Shown one piece after another: positions 59,568-64,000 of a stretch of 64,000 nt of DNA (within the stretch, counting starts at the first letter, position 1; each line of letters opens with the position of its first letter). This DNA is from an uncultured bacterium (GTDB lineage Bacteria; Chloroflexota; UBA5177; JANWHV01). The translations under genes and the position numbers were made by a program. The DNA lies in assembly GCA_963827235.1 (NCBI GenBank), contig CAWHAE010000012.1, positions 1,184,001 to 1,248,000 of the forward strand, read 5' to 3'. The notes under the pieces were generated by a model. It ran no database searches. It was not told the DNA's origin and saw only the letters and a list, made by a program, of their open reading frames with translations.

Positions 59568-60415
59568 TCCAGGCTCGACGACCGGCAAGGCGAAGCTCCA
59601 GGCAGCGGCTGGCCTCTATCGCTACCTATGCGTTCCTGATCCTGCTGGCCCTGTTCTGCTTGGTACCCTTTGCCTGGCTCTTCGAGGCTGCGTTCGATGC
59701 AAAGGCATCGTTGTACCTCCAGTTGCCGTCGCGCCTGACGCTGGACAACTTCGGACGAGCATTCAACGATTCCGGTGCGCTCACCCTGCTGCAGAATAGC
59801 CTGATCATGGCTTTGGGAGCCGTCGTCGTGGTCGTCTTCTGCGCATCGCTGGCTGGCTATACCCTGTCGCGACTGAAGTTCGGTTTCAAGCCGGTCTTGA
59901 TGTACGGAATCCTTCTGGCACAGCTCATTCCGGTCACGGCAACCATCGTGCCCATCTACACGATCTTCATCGACCTCCATCTGACTGACACGTACCGGGG
60001 CATGATCCTGATTCTGGCCACCTACCAACTTCCCTTGGCGATGTGGATCATGAAGAGCTTCTTCGACGCAGTGCCCACGGAGATCGAGGAAGCGGCCTGG
60101 ACCGACGGCGCCGGCCGCCTCCGCACCATCTATTCGATCATCGTGCCCATGGCGCGGCCCGGGGTCTCCGCGGCGGCCTTGTTCGCCTTTATCGGCGCCT
60201 GGGGTGAGTTCACGCTGCCGCTGATCCTCCTCTCCTCGCAGGACAAACTGCCGCTCTCGCTCGGCATATACCGAGCCTATCAAGCGTATTACCTCATCGA
60301 TTACGGGCAGCTCACCGCGATGTCATTGCTGTACCTGGCGCCAAGCCTGCTCTTCTATATCATCACGCGCCGGTATCTGACGCGTGTCACGGTAGTGGGA
60401 GCGACCATTGGCTAG
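59564..60415 (+). CDS. Carbohydrate ABC permease 2
   Basis: ATGA overlap with the previous gene, IEEAAWTDGA and FIGAWGEF. Confidence 0.92.
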   Translation: MIQARRPARRSSRQRLASIATYAFLILLALFCLVPFAWLFEAAFDAKASLYLQLPSRLTLDNFGRAFNDSGALTLLQNSLIMALGAVVVVVFCASLAGYTLSRLKFGFKPVLMYGILLAQLIPVTATIVPIYTIFIDLHLTDTYRGMILILATYQLPLAMWIMKSFFDAVPTEIEEAAWTDGAGRLRTIYSIIVPMARPGVSAAALFAFIGAWGEFTLPLILLSSQDKLPLSLGIYRAYQAYYLIDYGQLTAMSLLYLAPSLLFYIITRRYLTRVTVVGATIG

Positions 60416-60439
60416 CGCTCGAGCGAAAAGCATGGTTCT

Positions 60440-61456
60440 ATGAGGAAGTTCAGCGTCCTGATCGCGGGCGCCGGCCAGATGGGCCGGGGCTGGGGCCGGC
60501 TGCTGCGCGACTGTGAGGATACCGAGATCGTGGCCTGGGTTGATACGCTGCCCGGGGCAGCCGCGCGCGCGGTCGAGGAGCTTGGGCTGCGGAACGTGGT
60601 AACCGGTCAGGATCTCGAGATCGCCATCAGCAGCGCCAGGCCCGATTTCGTCGTGGACGTCTCGTCGCCGGAGGCGCACCACGACGTCACGTTGCTGGCG
60701 CTTGCCAAGAAGGTGCCTGTGCTGGGCGAGAAGCCGATGGCCTCCACCATGGCGCAGGCGCGAGCGATGGTGGCAGCCGCGGAGGCCACGGACACTCTCT
60801 ATATGGTCAGCCAGAACAGGCGATTCGACCCGAATCTGCACGCACTGCGCCGGCTTATTGCCCAGCACACCGGTCCCGTGGGCGTGCTCAACGCCGACTT
60901 CTATCTGGGCGAGCACCTCGGCGGCTTCCGCCGCGAGATGCCGCATCCGCTACTGCTCGACATGGGCATTCACAGCTTTGACGCGGCTCGCTTCCTCACC
61001 GGTGCCGACGCGTTGGCGGTCACCTGCACGGAGTTCAACCCGGCCTGGAGCTGGTACAGCGGCAATGCCTGCGCCACGGCCGTCTTCGAGCTCACCAATG
61101 GCGCCATATTCACCTATCGCGGCAGTCGCTGCACTGATGGCTTCCACACGACGTGGGATGCAGAGTGGCGAGCTGTAGGGCCACATGGGACGGCGTGCTG
61201 GGACGGGCATACGGCGCCGGCAGCAGAGATCGTGGCCGAGCCGACCGTGCCCATCGCTACCTTCAGGAAAGTTCAGGGCACGCCGGATACCACGATGGTC
61301 GCGGGCATCGCCGGCACGTTGCGCGCGTTCCTGCAAGCCCTGGAATCCGGCGCGACACCACCGTGCGAATGCCACGACAATATCAAGAGCCTGGCCATGG
61401 TGCACGCCGCAATTGAGTCGGCAGCGACCGGCCGGCGGGTCGCTGTCCCGGTCTAG
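60440..61456 (+). CDS. Gfo/Idh/MocA family oxidoreductase
   Basis: IAGAGQMG, VLGEKPMA, SQNRRF and LLDMGIHSFD. Confidence 0.92.
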   Translation: MRKFSVLIAGAGQMGRGWGRLLRDCEDTEIVAWVDTLPGAAARAVEELGLRNVVTGQDLEIAISSARPDFVVDVSSPEAHHDVTLLALAKKVPVLGEKPMASTMAQARAMVAAAEATDTLYMVSQNRRFDPNLHALRRLIAQHTGPVGVLNADFYLGEHLGGFRREMPHPLLLDMGIHSFDAARFLTGADALAVTCTEFNPAWSWYSGNACATAVFELTNGAIFTYRGSRCTDGFHTTWDAEWRAVGPHGTACWDGHTAPAAEIVAEPTVPIATFRKVQGTPDTTMVAGIAGTLRAFLQALESGATPPCECHDNIKSLAMVHAAIESAATGRRVAVPV

Positions 61457-61583
61457 CAGGCGGCCGCGTCGAGGAGGGCCGTAGGGCTGGCCGGTTGCGT
61501 TGGGTCCATCGCCGCGTGGTAGCGAAATCCTGGTGCGAAACGACTGTTGTAGGGGCAGGTGTCCCTGCGGAATGCGCTGAAGA

Positions 61584-62345
61584 ATGGAGATGGCGGTGGC
61601 AAGCAACAGCCTACACGTAACGGTTTGGAACGAGCATGTGCACGAGCGAGAAGACGCGCTTGTTCGGGCCGTGTATCCCGACGGCATCCACAATACTGTG
61701 GCAAGTGCCTTGCGCAGCCTCCTCGGTGCGGCTGTCAACGTCACGACAGCCACTCTGGAGCAGCCCGAGCAAGGCTTGAGCGAAGCGACGCTGGCCGCAA
61801 CAGACGTGCTGCTGTGGTGGGGACACGTCGCGCACCGCCGCGTGGCGGATGAGGCAGTCGACCGCGTGCTGCGCCGCGTGCATGACGGCATGGGATTCAT
61901 CGCGCTGCACTCGGCACATGAGTCCAAACCATTCATGCGGCTGATGGGCCGAAGCTGCTCGCTGCGCTGGCGTGAGGCAGACGACCGCGAGCTTGTCTGG
62001 CTCGTCAATCCGGCCCACCCCATCGCAGCCGGCGTAGCGCCCGTGCTGGTCATTCCGCGCCAGGAGATGTACGGCGAGTACTTCGATATCCCGCAGCCCG
62101 ACGAGCTGGTCTTCATCAGCTCGTTTAGTGGCGGCGAAGTCTTCCGCAGTGGCTGCACCTTTACGCGCGGCCTGGGCAAGATCTTCTACTTCAGTCCCGG
62201 TCACGAGACCTATCCCGTGTATCACGACGCGGGCGTGCAGCGTATTCTGGCTAACGCCGTTATGTGGGCGCGGAGAGAGACACGGCTCCCGTACTCGACT
62301 GAGAAAAGCGCCCACTCGCCGCTCGGATGGTTCGAGCGACCCTAG
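61584..62345 (+). CDS. thuA: ThuA family (trehalose utilization) protein
   Basis: VTVWNEHVHE, YPDGIH, DVLLWWGH, GFIALHSAH, EMYGEYFDIPQPD, GGEVFRSG and YFSPGHETYP. Confidence 0.92.
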   Translation: MEMAVASNSLHVTVWNEHVHEREDALVRAVYPDGIHNTVASALRSLLGAAVNVTTATLEQPEQGLSEATLAATDVLLWWGHVAHRRVADEAVDRVLRRVHDGMGFIALHSAHESKPFMRLMGRSCSLRWREADDRELVWLVNPAHPIAAGVAPVLVIPRQEMYGEYFDIPQPDELVFISSFSGGEVFRSGCTFTRGLGKIFYFSPGHETYPVYHDAGVQRILANAVMWARRETRLPYSTEKSAHSPLGWFERP

Positions 62346-62463
62346 ACCGGCCCTGTCCCGCCGTGTTCCTCGCGCGCGTGACTTCGCGCGGCAAAGGACG
62401 TCAGCATAAGTATGGACGGCGATGATGCGGCCGGCTACTGCCACGAGTGACCCGGGGGAGCAC

Positions 62464-63225
62464 ATGGTGCCGGAGACCGATGACAAGGGTTCGAGCGTGC
62501 TCGTAACCGGGGCAGGCAGTGGGATCGGTCGCGCCATCGCCCTCGGCTTCGCACGGGCCCGGGCCGCAGTGCTGGCAGCGGACATCGACATGCAAGCGTT
62601 GCTCATGCTGCAGAAGGAAGCACGGCGCGACAGCCTCGTACTCACGACACAGGTAGCCGACATGCGCAGTGAGCCTGAGGTACGGGGCCTGGTCGCCGCG
62701 GCCGCACAGCAGGTACCGCTCGGGGTGGTTGTCCACTGCGCGGGCATCACCGTGCGAAGATCTCTGACGGAGACGAGCGAGGATGAGTATCGTGCCGTGC
62801 TCGAGACGAACCTGACCGGTACGTTTTACTGTCTCCGGGCCGCGGCGCTACAGATGCAGCAACAGGGCCGGGGTGGCAGTATCGTCGTGATCACTTCGAT
62901 CAATGCGCAGTGGCCGCTCGCCACACAGGCAGTCTATACGGCTACCAAGGCGGCCATCGAATCCCTGACCAAGTCGCTGGCCGTGGAGATGGCTCGGCAC
63001 GGCGTCCGTGTCAATGCAGTGGCGCCGGGAGCCATCGACACGCCAATGAACACTGGCGTTCTTGGTCAGAGCCAGCGAGAGCTGCTCGATCGTCGCATTC
63101 CACTCGGCCGGATCGGCAGGGCGCAAGACATGGTTGGTGTCGTGCGGTTTCTCGCCTCGAGCGAGGCAGCCTACATTACCGGTGCCACCGTGGTGGTTGA
63201 CGGAGGGATGATGATCAGCCGCTAG
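62464..63225 (+). CDS. SDR family oxidoreductase
   Basis: VTGAGSGIG, YTATK, VRVNAVAPG and VDGG. Confidence 0.92.
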   Translation: MVPETDDKGSSVLVTGAGSGIGRAIALGFARARAAVLAADIDMQALLMLQKEARRDSLVLTTQVADMRSEPEVRGLVAAAAQQVPLGVVVHCAGITVRRSLTETSEDEYRAVLETNLTGTFYCLRAAALQMQQQGRGGSIVVITSINAQWPLATQAVYTATKAAIESLTKSLAVEMARHGVRVNAVAPGAIDTPMNTGVLGQSQRELLDRRIPLGRIGRAQDMVGVVRFLASSEAAYITGATVVVDGGMMISR

Positions 63226-63290
63226 CCGGTTAGGATGTTCGGCGCTTGAGTCTGTCCGGCATGGCCGCACTGACCGCTCCGCTAGGTGAA

Positions 63291-63311
63291 CCTATCTGAT
63301 AGCTCGACAGG
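63291..63311 (+). promoter_or_regulatory. Candidate FadR/GntR operator, site 3 (autoregulatory)
   Basis: c-CTATC-t-GATAG-ctcgacagg: a perfect palindrome followed by the same tail as sites 1 and 2. Confidence 0.55.
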
Positions 63312-63457
63312 TTGTTAGCTGATATGCTCGATGTGTTCAATGTTGAGAAGACGAGTACGGCCCCGCGGGGACGTGGGCTGGCGGAGCAGCGAGCGCCGGC
63401 TCGCATCGCCCCGAGCGTGCCGCACCCAACGTGACCGGGCTTTGGAAAGAGGTGGAT

Positions 63458-64000
63458 ATGCTCCCACGGCTGCGGCGCGAGACCCTGGCGGAACGCGCTG
63501 AAGACGCATTAATGGAGTACATTCAGCGGCAGGATCTCAAGCCGGGAGCGCTTCTCCCGCCGGAAGCGACCCTCACGGCCCAGCTTGGTGTGAGCCGCGC
63601 CGTGGTACGAGAGGCGCTCAAATCCTTGCAGGGTCGCGGTACGCTTGAGATCGTCAACGGCAAGGGGGCCGTCGTGCTGCCGAGCGACCCCCGCGTGTTG
63701 CGTCTGTACTTTTCCCGAGAGGTTCAGATGCGGCATGAGGCCGTCGTGGAGTTGATGGAGACTCGCCGGGGCCTCGAGGCGGAATGTGCGCAGCTGGCGG
63801 CCTCCCGCCGGACTGCTGCCGAACTCGAGGGAATGGAGGAGACGCTTGCCGCGATGCGTGCGCGACTGCACGATCCGGATTCGTATGCCGAGCTTGACGT
63901 CGCGCTGCACCTGTTGATTTCCGCTGCAAGCCATAACACGATGCTGTCACATCTGGTCGAGTCGCTCCGCGCCGCCCTTAAGGACAGCATCCGCGAGGGG
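63458..64000 (+). CDS. FadR/GntR family regulator with FCD domain (3' partial)
   Basis: Read manually. GAGGTGG RBS. MLPRLRRETLAERA...LPPEATLTAQLGVSRAVVREAL...GKGAVV...ETRRGLE...LDVALHLLISAASHN. Confidence 0.9.
   Translation, partial: MLPRLRRETLAERAEDALMEYIQRQDLKPGALLPPEATLTAQLGVSRAVVREALKSLQGRGTLEIVNGKGAVVLPSDPRVLRLYFSREVQMRHEAVVELMETRRGLEAECAQLAASRRTAAELEGMEETLAAMRARLHDPDSYAELDVALHLLISAASHNTMLSHLVESLRAALKDSIREG

Overview
This is a GC-rich bacterial window. Gene content and architectures suggest Chloroflexota, which is an inference and not proven. No rRNA, tRNA, CRISPR array, integrase or transposase was recognised. 1-4 kb holds two secreted Ig-like/DUF5719-type surface proteins. 4.4-21 kb is a stress and membrane-lipid island (GlsB/YmgE, PRC-barrel, cardiolipin synthase, AI-2E transporter, delta-9-type desaturase). 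It is interleaved with three double-domain KaiC-like ATPase signalling modules that lack kaiA/kaiB. Module A is a small helical protein, KaiC and a GAF kinase, divergent from cls. Module B1 is a MerR-HTH/PAS histidine kinase, KaiC, a lone receiver and AI-2E, divergent from the desaturase. Module B2 is a duplicate of B1 whose kinase gene has lost 1377 bp in frame but which keeps a 36-bp palindrome/promoter block. This HTH-kinase/KaiC/receiver system, with its candidate operator, is the best candidate for an undescribed system. Next come an XRE-TIR-nSTAND1-TM-WD40 NLR-like gene, an orphan carA, a ROK-type-operator sugar ABC operon and two divergent orphan PAS kinases (one also HTH-fused). The window ends with two carbohydrate loci (GH125/GH38/GH2/UroD-like, and HOT/RraA-like/ABC/Gfo/ThuA/SDR/FadR), each with candidate operators. 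Several single-base frameshifts may be assembly errors.
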